DNA of 64,000 nt. It comes from Octopus sinensis. Lineage: Eukaryota. Location: the NCBI RefSeq assembly GCF_006345805.1, contig NC_042998.1:99076001-99140000 (forward strand), given 5' to 3'. The notes beneath the pieces were generated by a model. It saw only the letters and a program-made list of their open reading frames with translations. It was not told where the DNA came from and made no database searches. Positions 35,351-47,859 of this stretch are shown one piece after another. Position numbers and translations under genes: made by a program. Position 1 is the first letter of the stretch. Each line of letters opens with the position of its first letter.

Positions 35351-36030
35351 CAATTTCATTAATAAATATCAATGTTTCTGAAAGTTATAAGTAAATGAAG
35401 TCGAAGGTTGCACACTTGTGTAGGTATGCCTCTGTGTGTGTGCGCGCGCGTGCATGCGTCAAGCTAATTTCAACTGTGAGACTAAATATAATACAACCCG
35501 ATGCGTATGTGTGTTTGGAAAGAACGAAAAGCAATTTATTTATTTTACCAATGAGATCTGAAATCTAATTATTCTTTTTCTTTTTTGTTACTTGGTCGGT
35601 AGGAAAACTGTCTGTTTTTATAGGAATGGGGAATCACTTACTAACAAGAAAACAGTCCAAATATAATGAATATAATCAAATTCTGGAAAAGAAAAGAATC
35701 GCATGTTCTTTTACTTACAGAACGAAATAATTTTCTTTTTCCAAATTAATGTTTACGAAACAGCCAATTTCCATCAATCTCCAATTTCACGCACATCAAG
35801 CATTGCCAAATACAGGGTTCATTAAAGATTCCTTTAAAAAATTTGTTCAAAATGTTGGGGACATATTTAAAAATACATTTTTGTTTATTTAATTCTTTTT
35901 TTTTTTTTTTTTCAATGACCTCTCAGTGAAATTATTGATAGGTTGAATGAAATTTAGATCGCAGAAGTAGCAGAGAGAAGTAGCTCTATTTAATTTTATG
36001 GCAGTTTTGAGATATGTTTTGTCTGACACC

Positions 36031-36044
36031 GTTGTCATAGCAAC
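36031..36044. promoter_or_regulatory. RFX X-box-like motif
   Basis: GTTGTC-AT-AGCAAC. A near-copy at 39494-39507 shares GACACCGTTGTCATAG. Confidence 0.45.
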
Positions 36045-36337
36045 AAAGAGCTGACTATTCTTTCAGAATTGAAGTTTTAAAGTGTTATAAAAGAGGAGAT
36101 TATTTAAATAAAAGTTTCGTATTCATTTAAAATGCTACACAAAAATATACAAATCTAAATGTGGAAATATTTTATTTAAAAAGTTCTACTTCAGTCATAC
36201 ACTTGTACAAAAAATATGGATGCGCAGAAATAACTCTAAATTAATTACAATACCTTTTCTTTTCTCTAAATACTTTTTCTTCCGCTCACATGGCATGGCC
36301 TGTGACAAGAATTTCATCAGAGATTACGAAGTTTAAA

Positions 36338-36560
36338 GGCGGCGAGCTGGCAGAAACGTCAGCAACCCGGGCGAAATGCAGTATTTCCTCTGTCTTTTAC
36401 GTTCTGAGTTCAAATTCCGCTGAGGTCGATCTTGTCTTTCTTCCTTTCGGGGGTTGATAAATTAAGTACCAGCTGTATACTGAGGTCGATCTAATCGACT
36501 GCCCTCCCCAAGGCTTCCCAAACATTTCGGACGTTAAGCCTAGAGTAGAAAGTTTCTTTC
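36338..36560 (+). mobile_element. Abundant SINE family GGCGGCGAGCTGGCAGAA...; best-preserved copy
   Basis: Further copies at ~430-800, 10300-10470, 20245-20455, 26182-26395, 50395-50592, 56550-56955 and 58575-59140. Confidence 0.8.
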
Positions 36561-36989
36561 GCCCCACTCTCTTCTGTGAATGCTAGACTTCCGTGTGTGC
36601 AAATATAATCTGAAATCTCAAGAAATTCTTAGACCTATATACAATGTACTCTCACCACTCATCTCCCATAGTCCCTGTGATACTGTGATATTCCAGGACA
36701 CCCGATTAAACAGAATGTATTGATTGTTATTGTTTCTTTGTTTCACTTTCTATTACTAACCCCTTCCTTTTTTTTCTTTCTCTTTTTGTTACTGTTCCTT
36801 AGTTTTTTATCAACTACAACGGGCTAAATTAAGGACCCTCACAAAACTTAAGGCACCAGAGTTAATCCAAATATATATATATATGAAATAATACAATCAA
36901 TTTCCCCATTTTTTCATTATGCTCCTAAATGAATTTTTAAACCTTCTCAAAGACTTAGTGAACAGTCCCTATCAGATAGGTGATGTTGG

Positions 36990-37430
36990 GATATGTAGTT
37001 GAATTAGAGATTAGAATGTCGTTTCAAAAAGAAAATGCCATATCGGACGTGTGATTCCTCAAAAATGGTTATTTGGAGAGAAGGCCACAACAGGCCTTGG
37101 ATTTATTTGTTTTGTTCCGGATAGGTCGGCATCATCATTACTACCTTTGATTTAGGAAAATGTTATTCTTGGAACAGAAATCTATATGGACTGTTAGTGC
37201 TTACAACGGAATAAATGCAATCCGTGATACCAACCACCATTTCACCATTTGACATGAATGGAGCATGTACAAATCATGCAGAACATTTTGGAAGGAAATG
37301 AAACAGCAATTGAAACATATGAACGGAACTTGAGAAGAGATGCTGCTATCTCATTTAGACGAGTTCATGTGGCAACAATTAAGGGGGAAAATCTGTGATG
37401 AGGCTTTCATTGACATTTCAAGTTAGTATA
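36990..37430 (+). mobile_element. Merlin/IS1016-like (IS1595-type DDE) transposase remnant
   Basis: GRVIPQKWLFG, FVPDRSASSLLPLI, GTEIYMD, TNHAEHFWKEMK and SHLDEFMW motifs, with stops and frameshifts. Confidence 0.7.
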
Positions 37431-40127
37431 TTGTTCAATGACCCTATAAACAATTAAATAAATAAAAAAAATTTCCGCAAATATATACATATAAGTGAGG
37501 TGTAATTAATTATTTTACTATCTCATGCAACAAAAAGAGAAAAAGAATAAGAAGAAGGAAGAAAATAATGAGAGAAAGTGAAAAAGAAAAACACAGTAGT
37601 ACCAGTCCCTGCATAGTGGTTCTAAAATTCAAAGTAGTTCCATAAAAGATGTTCTTCCAAAGTGAAGTGAGGTATAGATCTAATAGCAATGCATAAGGAA
37701 AAAAGCAAATTTCAAATTACTTTTTTTTTAAAGTAGAAAATGCTTCATGCCTGTAAATGCATAATTCTGTATTGAAGAAATAACGTTACATAATTTCTTA
37801 AATTGAAGTTCCTCTTGAGTATCACATATAGCAACAGTGGATAATGTTACTGGGCTAAACAGAAAAGAAAATAATGCTTCAACACACGAACTCATATAAA
37901 GAATCTTACAAACCAAATCCAAAAACAAAATAAAATAATGTGTGTTATTGGAAACTAATGGATATACAGTGAAGTGATTTATCGTTCAGTTTAAACGTGT
38001 ATTGTTATTGGAAACTATCTAAAATGATGATTTCATGCAAGGAAAAGGTTATTCAATAGTGGCGCCTTCGAAGGAAAAAAATAAAAAAAGCGAATAGTCA
38101 GTTGCTCCAATTATGGTCTATCCGGGCAATGCAAAAATGAAAAAGTACATTTTTAAAAAAATTTGTTTTATAAAATTAAAATTGCTGCCACATTGTTGTT
38201 CTCCCATTCGCATATAAAACCGGTAAAAATAGCAACCAATTATACCATCCTCTATTGCATACCGTTCTGGGAGTTGACAAAACAAAGTATGGGTATCGTT
38301 AAGAGATTGATATCGATTTAATCGACTACACCCTACCGCTGCCTTCACTCGTGAGATCTCATGACTATTTAAAAACATTATAAAACAAAGGTTTAAATCG
38401 AATGAAAACATGCGTTCACATAAACGTTGCTATACTTCAAAATAATTGAAGCGCTGTTGAATTCTCGTTGTTTAACTTCAGCTCAGATTGGACTGAGCAG
38501 ACATTATTTTAAAGGGATTTCCAGTCATGATCGTCAATATTTTTCTCAACCTAACTATATCTTAGACTTCCTTATTTAATGTTTCGTTTTTTAAACCTGT
38601 TAGGCTGTGATTTAAAGAAAAGTGACTTATTTCTGGAAAGTCTGAAGACAATTTAGTAGCTCCTGTAGCAGTGCAACCAGAAAAAATAATGTAAATGCTG
38701 AACCAAGACCTAAGATAAAAAAATTTACAAAAGTAAATTGTAAATACCAACAGAAATGAAGAAAAAAAGAAAAACATACACAGTCCCTCAATTAGACACT
38801 ACAACAAAGAATACTGGTATTTTCATCTTCAAAAACATTTTATGTAATCTCAAACCCTCGCGGCATTACAATGGATGATCGCGAGGTTAAAACAGCCAAG
38901 CAATCCTCGTGAGCATCATCTACGTTGAGACGTGATACCAATGATGTCAACATTTTCGTTGTCAGCAGCCTGGCTTCTTCGAAAGAGCTCAAATGCCACA
39001 GTTCGGAGAAAAATTATAATTCACCAGTATTTACTGTATTTAAGAATTTGATTGCTCATTTACTTTTGTAAATTATTCTAAGAATATTTAAATATTTCAC
39101 AACACAGTATATCAATCAGTATATGTGTGAAGGTGTCTCTTTGCGTTCAATAAATCAGACAAGTGAAAGAGACTACTGGACCAACATGAAATAGCGCAAT
39201 TTTTGTCTTGAATGCAGTGCAGCGACCGACTCATTTGAAAGAATGAGTGAATGGGTGAGTAAATGAACAAATAAATAAATAAATAAATGCTAACAAATAT
39301 GATGTGTACTCCTGCTGCTCGCCAGGCAATAATTATTGCACACTTAACACATTTCTTTTATGTGGGAACGTTCTCTGGAGTTTATTTTACAGAAATAATT
39401 TCCATTCGCTTTATTAAAAATTATGTATTATTAAATAAACTTGTTTTAACATTCGGATAAAATCGAAAGCTGAACTATATTTTGTTCGACACCGTTGTCA
39501 TAGTAGCATTACCAGCCACAGTTAAAATACAAATACAATCATGTTGTCGAGTATGCTTTATGCGATAGAGATTCTATTTGGTTACATCTAAATTACAGAT
39601 ACCTATGTAAGTATTATGGCACAGAAGTTCGTTGTTTGTTTGGAATGTAAGAATTAAAGATTACTATACTATGCCATGCTTTTAGCGGGTCGAGCGACCT
39701 CAGAAGAGAAGCTTTGTACAGATAACTTTTGGCTTAGTGAGAGATACAAGTTGCATTTGTTTGTTCAAAAACTACAAAAAGACAATCTAGCTGTGACCGT
39801 TCTGTCTCCCATCCCACCAAGCATACTGTATACATTATCCGAAGACTTTTGTTGCTTTAAAGCAGCAAAGTGTGATGCAGAGGGAGGAGATTTGACTACT
39901 ATTTCTTGCAGATCAAACTACCACTTTGTGATTTCCGAAAGATCAAATGTTTAATGTGAACAAATTTTGCGAACTTAGAAATTTAGAAAAATTATATGGA
40001 AAACTTATTTGCTAATCTTGTTAATATGCATACAACAAAATATGAAAACACGTCTTTTAAAGACGTTCAAGTTATATTATCGGTTTTCTCATTGACTCTG
40101 TGGAGTGTAAAGTAAATAGGTCTTGAT

Positions 40128-40128
<1 letters not shown>

Positions 40129-40162
<34 letters not shown>

Positions 40163-41220
40163 CATTGTGTACAGTGCTCAGGTGCACTACAACTCATCTA
40201 AAGTGCATAAACAATCAGGTGTAGTTTCGACGGATTTCGGAAAGCATGAGGGCCTTAAAGGATGCAGTGTCATGGCAGTCAACAACTGACGCAGGCAGTT
40301 TATTCCATGCTTCAGCAACTCTGAGCGTGAAGAAATGTTTCCGAAAGTCATGGGAGCTGTGTTGTTTTCTGACTTTGTAGGCATGTCCACGTGTGCTAGA
40401 CATATGGAGATCAAAAAGGTGTTCAGTGTTGTTATTGGTGAGGTGGTTGACAACTTTGTGGGCGTTTACCAAGTCCGTCGCCAGACGCCGGAGCTTCAGT
40501 GAATCCATGCCCAGGGAAACAAGGCGCTCAGAATATGGTAGGTGTCTGATGGAGGGTATGCGTTTGGTTGCACGTCTCTGAACAGATTCCAGGAGGTCAA
40601 TGTTCTGAGTAAGATAGGGGTTCCAAACTGATGATGCGAATTCCAAGTGTGGTCGTACCATAGCTGTATACAGTTTTAAATAGATGGCTGGAGAGCGGCT
40701 AACAAAAGTCTTGCTGAGTGATGTCAAGACACCCTCGGCCTTCTTGACAATTTTAGAGATATGCTTTGTCCAACGCAAATCACTGCTGACAGTGATGCCT
40801 AGGTCACGCTCACATAAGGATTTATTGATATCAGTGTTGTGGAGGGAGTATGTGGACGCAGGGTTTTTTCTCCCAAAATGCATGGTGGTACACTTGTCCA
40901 CAGCCAGTTTCAGTTGCCAGTCTGTGATCCATTGCTGCATTGTGTCCAGGTCTGATTGCAGGAAAGAGCTGTAGACAACAGGATCTGTCCTCTTGATTTC
41001 AAGGTACAGCTTGATGTCGTCTGCATATTTTAATACTGTGGCATTCTTTAAATTTGCATCTATATCGTTAATGTATGCCACAAACAAGAGGGGACCAAGG
41101 ACAGATCCCTGTGGTACACCCGATGACATCTCATATGGTGTAGAATGCTGTCCTAGAACTGTGACTACCTCCTTTCGGTTGAGAATGAAGGATTTCAACC
41201 AGTTAAAAAGGTCATCCCTG
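40129..41220 (-). mobile_element. 5'-truncated CR1-clade LINE with open 327-aa RT/C-terminal ORF and (TTA)n tail
   Basis: GVPQGSVLGPLLF, YADD, RPHLEFASSVWNP and RKHFFTLRVAEAWNKLP. Confidence 0.92.
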
Positions 41221-42119
41221 TATTGGTATAATATTTAGGTTGCATACTGTTCCATATTGAAGCCAACTTCTAACATTATTCAATTAACATGTATTTTTAC
41301 AGAAATATATCACAATATTTACATAGCTTGCAAGTAATATGTTGTGCCAGAAGTAGAGATTAGTTTGTAGTTACATTAATAACAGAAAATAAAAAATGGC
41401 TTTGCATGAGAGGCAGGGAAAATACTCTGTTCTTTAAGTCAATAATTCCTTTAACCTGAATTGAGCTGCAGCCATTGTCTTCTTGACGGGCTTGTTGTCT
41501 GCATCTGCACAAAAGTGTATGCTGCACACCTAGCATTCTTGGCCACCTTTCTGCCTCTCTGGCTGTGCTTGCTTGCATTGATACCACGTTGTCTTTTTAC
41601 GTGAGTTACTAAAGCTTTAAGGTTTTGATTCTAGGCTTCACTACGATGAAGTGTCCTCAGGCTCTCCAAAAGCCAACAATGTATTACATTATTGTATGTT
41701 TTCTCATAATATATCCAACCAACAGCTAAGTTCTTTCTTATCTGCATTTTGTTTGGTATAATTCTATTGAAATACAAGAGATCAACTGTTCTTTTTGTTT
41801 TTTTTCTTTCATTATTTTTATTCTTCTTGTACCTGTTTCCTTATCTCCAGAAAACTATACAATTCATTTGCTATGAGACCAGTTAGCAATTTTCCGAGTA
41901 AACACGTAATAGGCCTTTAATTACTGACTTCTCTATTTTCTTTATCCTTCTGCATTGAAACTGTCTTTTCATACATCAATAATGTTGGCCTTCAATTTTC
42001 TGTGTAGTCAATAAAAAGAAAGGTTATGTATACTTGTGCTTGCTTGGAGAATCCCTGAATGCTATTGACCCAGAAGCTTTCCAGTTTGCCACACTTTTAA
42101 GCATCTTATATATACTGAG

Positions 42120-43430
42120 GACATAAAAATAGAGAAAACTGCTAGTCCATCAGGAATAAGTTCTAAGATACTCAAAATATCTGATGAAGAAGGATAGATG
42201 ATGACCATCCAAAAGGTTGAGTAATACAGGAAAGTGTCACACCCACTGACTGGTGTAGCAATATCATTGTCAACTGCTACAAAGGCAAAAGAGATGCTTT
42301 AGAGAAAAGATGTTACAGAGGCATCAAATTGTTGGACCAGAAGAAATCAAGAACAATTGATCAAAAACGGTTAGCATAAATGAAATGCAGATTAGTTTCA
42401 TGCCTGGAAGAGGTACTATAGATTCAGTCTTCTTAGAGAGACAACTGCAGGAGAAATACTTGGCTAAGAGTAACCCACTATACTTGACCTTTGCTCACTT
42501 GAAAAAGGTCTTTGACAGGGTGCTACATACTGTAATGTGGTGATCACTAAGGAAACTAGGTGTAGATGAATGACTTATGAGAGCTGTACAAGCTATGTAC
42601 AAAGGTGCAGTAAGTAAAGTGAGAATCAACAATAAATATATCGTATGAAGCAAGCATGCTTCACTGGATGTGTAATGCTTGTGTGCATGAATACCAGACA
42701 GATCTCAAAGAAAAATTGTGTATAAGAGGAATTAATTATTTGCACAAGAAAGAAGACTGTACTGGATATGCAAATGACATGCATGGAGTATGACTGCTGC
42801 ATAATGAAGTACCAAGCACTCAAAGTTACTGGAATTTACAGAAAAGAGAGCCCAAGAAAAACTTAGAAGGATATGGTGAAGGCTGACCAAAAGATGCTAC
42901 CCCTCACTAAAGAAATAACAATGGACCATACTGATTAGCATTATACAGTGCTGCAAAATACCCAGCCACCCACAGCAAAAGGTACCCTAACACAAGGATA
43001 GTATTTAAAGATTGATGATATATATATATCATCGTTTAACGTCTGTTTTCCATGCTAGCATTGGTTGGACAGTTCGACCATGGTCTGGGAAGCCAGGAGG
43101 CTGCACTAGGCTCCAGTCTGATCTGGCAGTGTTTCTATGGCTGGATGCCCTTCCTAACGTCAACCACTCCGTGTGTGTAGTGGGTGTTTTTTACATGCCA
43201 CTGGCACAGGTGCCAGGGGAGGCTGGCAACAGCCATGATCGGTTGGTGCTTTTTATGTGTCACCAGCACAGAAGTCAGTCAAGGCGGTGCTGGCATCAGC
43301 TATGTTCGGATAGTGCTTTTTACGTGCCACCGGCACAGGTATTGCAACTACAATTTCCATATGATTTTTATTTTGATGTTGATGTACTTGACTCAATAGG
43401 TCTCCTCAAGCGCAGCAGTTCTGAATAATC
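42120..43430. mobile_element. Degenerate RTE RT fragments (+) followed by an RTE 3' UTR copy (-)
   Basis: QLQEKYLAKS, EKVFDRV and DLTKEIT remnants. Tail CATCGTTTAACGTC at ~43030. Confidence 0.7.
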
Positions 43431-43479
43431 CAGTAATAATCCATGCTTAAGTTCAGTTGACCAATAAATCTGAACAAAA

Positions 43480-43790
43480 GTCTTATATCAGAGCAACAAG
43501 AAACACTTTCAAATCAAGGTACTGTTCACGTAGGTATCAACTAATCAACTCAGACAGGAAACACTCCACAAGCCTATCAAATTACATTTGGCAGCTACAG
43601 AAAACCAATGATAGCACCTTTAAAATATATGGTTGATCTTAGGTTCTGTACTGGCCTATAAACACTGAAATGCCAGTGCCAACTTCATTTGATGGAGAAG
43701 ATTGCCATATTCCTCAAAAATGAAAATTATCTAAATGCCAACTATGAATTACTCAGTACTTGTTTACACAGGAACAAATAACTGCTTATA
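43480..43790 (+). mobile_element. Penelope-like GIY-YIG endonuclease remnant
   Basis: FKSRY, TSLSNYIWQLQ and HLMEKIAI...YLNANYELLSTCLHRNK*. Confidence 0.7.
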
Positions 43791-44149
43791 AACAATTAAC
43801 AAGGCCCAACTTGATAAAATGCAACCATTGTGATAAAGGCCTGTAAAATAAATCTTGACACTCCAGAAATAACCTACAATCTGTATAAACAAACTGACAA
43901 ACCAATTATTATATACACATTCAAAAGAAATGCATACTCTGCTATAAAATATCAATCAACTAACTTTCAAACTTTAAATCTATTTGGAAAAAAATATATC
44001 ACACTAGTTCTACTAGGGTGAATGCATAGTACCTATAACATTTCAGAATTTCATTGGGATGTGTATAACTGGCATGAACACTAGAATGAAAAAAGTATTT
44101 CGTCTAAATTTTTATTCTCCTTTCTACACACACATATATATTTATAAAT

Positions 44150-44830
44150 AATCAACCTCATAAAGATATAAAGACAGAGAAATTTCCTGGCCCATCAGGA
44201 ATCACTGATGATGCTTAAAATATCTGGTGGCGTAGGATATAGCCTAGTCACCTGTATAGTTAATCAGGTTTTCCATGAAGGAGTCATACCAAATGATTGG
44301 TGTTACAGCATTATAGTCAACTGCTAGAAAGGCAAAGGTGACACCTTAGGCAGAAATAATTACAGAGGTATCAAATTGTTAGATCAAGTGATGAAAGTTA
44401 TGGAGAGTCATAGACCAATTTATTAGGAAGAGGGTTAGTGTAGATGAGTTACAGTTTGGATTTGTGCCAAGCAGGAGCATGACTGATGCTATATTCCTGG
44501 TTTGGCAAATGCAGGAGAAATATCTAGCCAAAAATAAACCCCTGTACCTGACTTTTGTTGACATAGAGAAAGCCTTTGACTGAGTCTGCTACTCCCTTAT
44601 CTCGTAGTTAATGCAGAAGCTAGGGATAGGTGAGTAGTTGGCGAGAGCTGTACAAGCTATGTACAGGCATGTTGTCAGTAAGATGAGGGCTAACATTGAA
44701 TTTAGGGTACAAGTTGGGGTTCACCAAGTGTCAGTCTTCAGCTCTCTCTTGTTCATCATAGTCCTCCAGACAATAACAGAAGAACCAAAGTCTTAGTAAG
44801 AAGGAGAGTAGACAAATCACAAATTCCTTC
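44150..44830 (+). mobile_element. Degenerate RTE RT fragment
   Basis: NYRGIKLLDQVMKV, LQFGFVPSRS and GVHQ.SVFS motifs. Confidence 0.75.
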
Positions 44831-44899
44831 TGGTAGATGGTGTGTAGTGTGGGTCATCTTGTCCTCTGCCCTGCTGCATTTGCTCTAAATGCATGCAAG

Positions 44900-45620
44900 T
44901 TCATTTCCGGCATATTCTATTTTGGCATGGAGTGGAAGGGCTGAACTTTACTGGACAAACATATCTCTACTGGCTGCTTTCCTGTAGAACTCGGTGTGGA
45001 TCTCTCCTTCCATTATTTTCAGTTGGAAGTCAAGTAGTGATGGTGATCCAGTGTTGTTGGGATGTTCTATAGTGAACTATATGTCATGAATATTCTGTCA
45101 GCCTCTTCACGGAGGATGTGAGTATGAGGATGTCAAAGGTGACAAAAGCATAACAGTCACAACTGAAGCTAATGAAAGCAATTTGGATAATCTAAGAATT
45201 AAGGAAGCTATCCTCATAGACAGACTAGGAAGGGCCCCAAATTAACAACAGGCTGGAGGTTGTCAGTCAATATATTATTTAGCTACATCTGGATGCATGT
45301 AGGTTCATTTTTGATAACATGCTTGTGTATTATTTATAAAAAAAAAAAAAGAAAGAAGGAGGAAACAAAAAAAAAAGAAACTGCACATATAATACATAAC
45401 GTAGAAGCAGCGCTACGGATGTGCCAGTACACACGAGCTTGAGACATGGCCACCTTCATGTGCTTATCATGAGGAATTCTGGAAGGAGCTTCATGGGACC
45501 ACTGCAGAGACACTTCCGGAAAAAAAAAACCGTTGGGAAACTGATTATAGCAGTGACTCGATCAATTCCTAGGGATATCTGAAGAAGGAATTTTTATATT
45601 CTGAAATATTATATCAGACT
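44900..45620 (+). mobile_element. Penelope-like element 3' remnant (GIY-YIG C-terminus plus terminal hammerhead)
   Basis: ESNLDNLRIKEAILIDRL..(P)QINNR at ~45170-45255. Confidence 0.55.
45574..45615 (+). ncRNA. Degenerate minimal hammerhead motif
   Basis: GATAT-CTGAAGA-A-GGAAT-TTTTAT-ATTCT-GAAA-TATT-ATATC. Confidence 0.6.
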
Positions 45621-45639
45621 ATGGATGATTAAATTATAA

Positions 45640-46370
45640 CAGTTACTATAGTCAGATGAAATGGAGCTTGGTTTTGTGCCAGACAAAAATACCACTGATG
45701 CTATATTTCTGGTAAGGCAACTGCAGGAGAAATATCTAACCAAAGATGAACCTCTGTACTTGGCTTTTGTTGATGAGGAGAAAACCTTTGACAGGCTCCC
45801 CCAATCCCTTATCTGGTGGTCAATGTGGAAACTGGGGATAGATGAGTGGATGGTAAGAGCTATACAAGCTTGTACAGGGATGTTGTCAGTAAGGTGAGGG
45901 TTGGCAACGAGTATAGTGAAGAATTCCAGGTAGAAGTAGGAGTTCACCAAGGATCAGTCCTCAGCTTCCTCTTCATCATAGTCCTCCAGGTAATAACAGA
46001 GGAATTCAAGACATACTGCCCCTGGGAGCTCCTCTATGCTGATGACCTTGCTCTAATAGCCAAGTCACTGCCAGAACTAGAGACGAAGTTCAGGGTGTGG
46101 GAGTAAGGTCTAGAATTGAAGGGCCTTAGGGTTATCTTGGCAAAAACCAAAGTCTTAGTAAGTAGGAAGGCTGTCAAATCACAAAGCCCTTCAGGTAGAT
46201 AGCCTAATCAATCTGTAGGAAAAGCATGGGTAGAAACTCCATATGATGTACCAGTGTAAGCTATGGACACATAAGAGGTGCAGCAGTATCAAAAGAAGGT
46301 TAACCGGGAAGATGTACAAAAAACAGATTCTATTACATGCCAGGGGAAAAACTAGAAGTGGTTGATATCA
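45640..46370 (+). mobile_element. Degenerate RTE RT fragment including the PHD insert
   Basis: MELGFVPDKNTTDAIFLVRQLQEKYL, YADD and a frameshifted CKLWTHKRC. Confidence 0.8.
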
Positions 46371-46374
46371 TCAT

Positions 46375-47090
46375 CATCATCATCATCATCATTTAGCGTC
46401 CGCTTTCCATGCTAGCATGGGTTGGACGGTTTAACTGGGGTCTGTGAAGCCGGAAGGCTTCATCAGGCCCAGTCAGATTTGGCAGTGTTTCTACGGCTGG
46501 ATGCCCTTCCTAACGCCAACCACTCCGCGAGTGTAGTGGGTGTTTTTTACGTGCCACCTGCACAGGTGCCAGACAGAGCTGGCGAACGGCCACGAACGGA
46601 TGGTGTTTTTACGTGTCACCGGCACGGGGCCAGGCAATGCTGGCAACGGACACGAACGGATGGTGCTTTTACGTGCCACCGACACGGGGCCAGACAGAGC
46701 TGGCAAACAGCCACGAACGGACGGTGCTTTTACGTGTCACCTGCACGGGGGCCAGCCGAGGCTGGCAACGAACACGAATGGATGGTGCTTTTACGTGCCA
46801 CTGACACAATATCTTTGGCATTATGTCATGCTTGAGAAGAAAACCCATCAAGTCAAGTAAAATCATAGTCATGGAAGATACTGGTATTACACAACTGGGA
46901 CCCATGCCGGTGGTACATAAAAGCACCCATTACACTCTTGGAGGGGTTGGCATTAGGAAGAACACCCAACCGTAGAAACTATGCCAAACCAGACTGAATT
47001 CTGGTACAGCCTTCCTACTTGCCAGCCTTAATCAAACCATGCAACCCATATCAGCATGGACAACTGACATTAAATGATGATGATGATATA
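46375..47090. repeat. Two oppositely oriented RTE 3' UTR copies with a ~60-bp tandem array between them
   Basis: (CAT)n tail at left and (GAT)n tail at right. 4-5 units containing the kernel TTTTACGTGCCACCGGCAC. Confidence 0.8.
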
Positions 47091-47804
47091 TATATAGAGA
47101 GAGAGACAGACAGATAGACAGCAGACTAACAGATAGAGAGACAGCAGACTGACAGACAAACAAACTTGTATACATGTAATAATAATTGTTCATCTGTATA
47201 ATTATGGCAAAAACTTTTTGAAATTATATTTACTTAAAGCATGTTCAAAGTAAGTTTTCAGTGGAAATACTGAAACTATAACATTATCGAAGAGGGCTGA
47301 TTAACTTCGTACAAACTTAGAAAATGCTGAAATCTGTTGTAAGAATAATTTTAGTAATATTATTTGTCAGTCCAGATTGAACAAAGATATTTATACGTCA
47401 GATACCTATAACCCTTTACAATTTAAACCAACCATATTCAGCTCAAATATTCTATGCATCATGGTGATTTCAAAGCTATAAGATAATGCACAATTAACTC
47501 AAAACAATGTGAATCTATAAGCATTACACTTGACTGAGTAATCTGAATACTGAAGAGTTAAATGTCTAGAAATGACTGGATTTTGAATGAAAAGGAAAAA
47601 TTACAATGAATAAACTGTTCTATGTCTTAAATAGATATTACCAGTTTTGACTGGGAGAGTTATCATTAGTAAACATCAATCCCTGTGTATGACACATTGG
47701 GCAAGTGCTTTATTCTATAGCTTTGGGCCAACCAAAGTCTTGTGAGTGGATTTGGTAGGCGGAAACTGGAAGAGGCCCATCATATTTATATATATATGTA
47801 TATA

Positions 47805-47854
<50 letters not shown>

Positions 47855-47859
47855 AGTGT

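Noticed and set aside
39676-39954. 92-aa ORF, possible piggyBac cysteine-rich remnant
   Set aside because: Cys spacing is not convincing and there are no TIRs.
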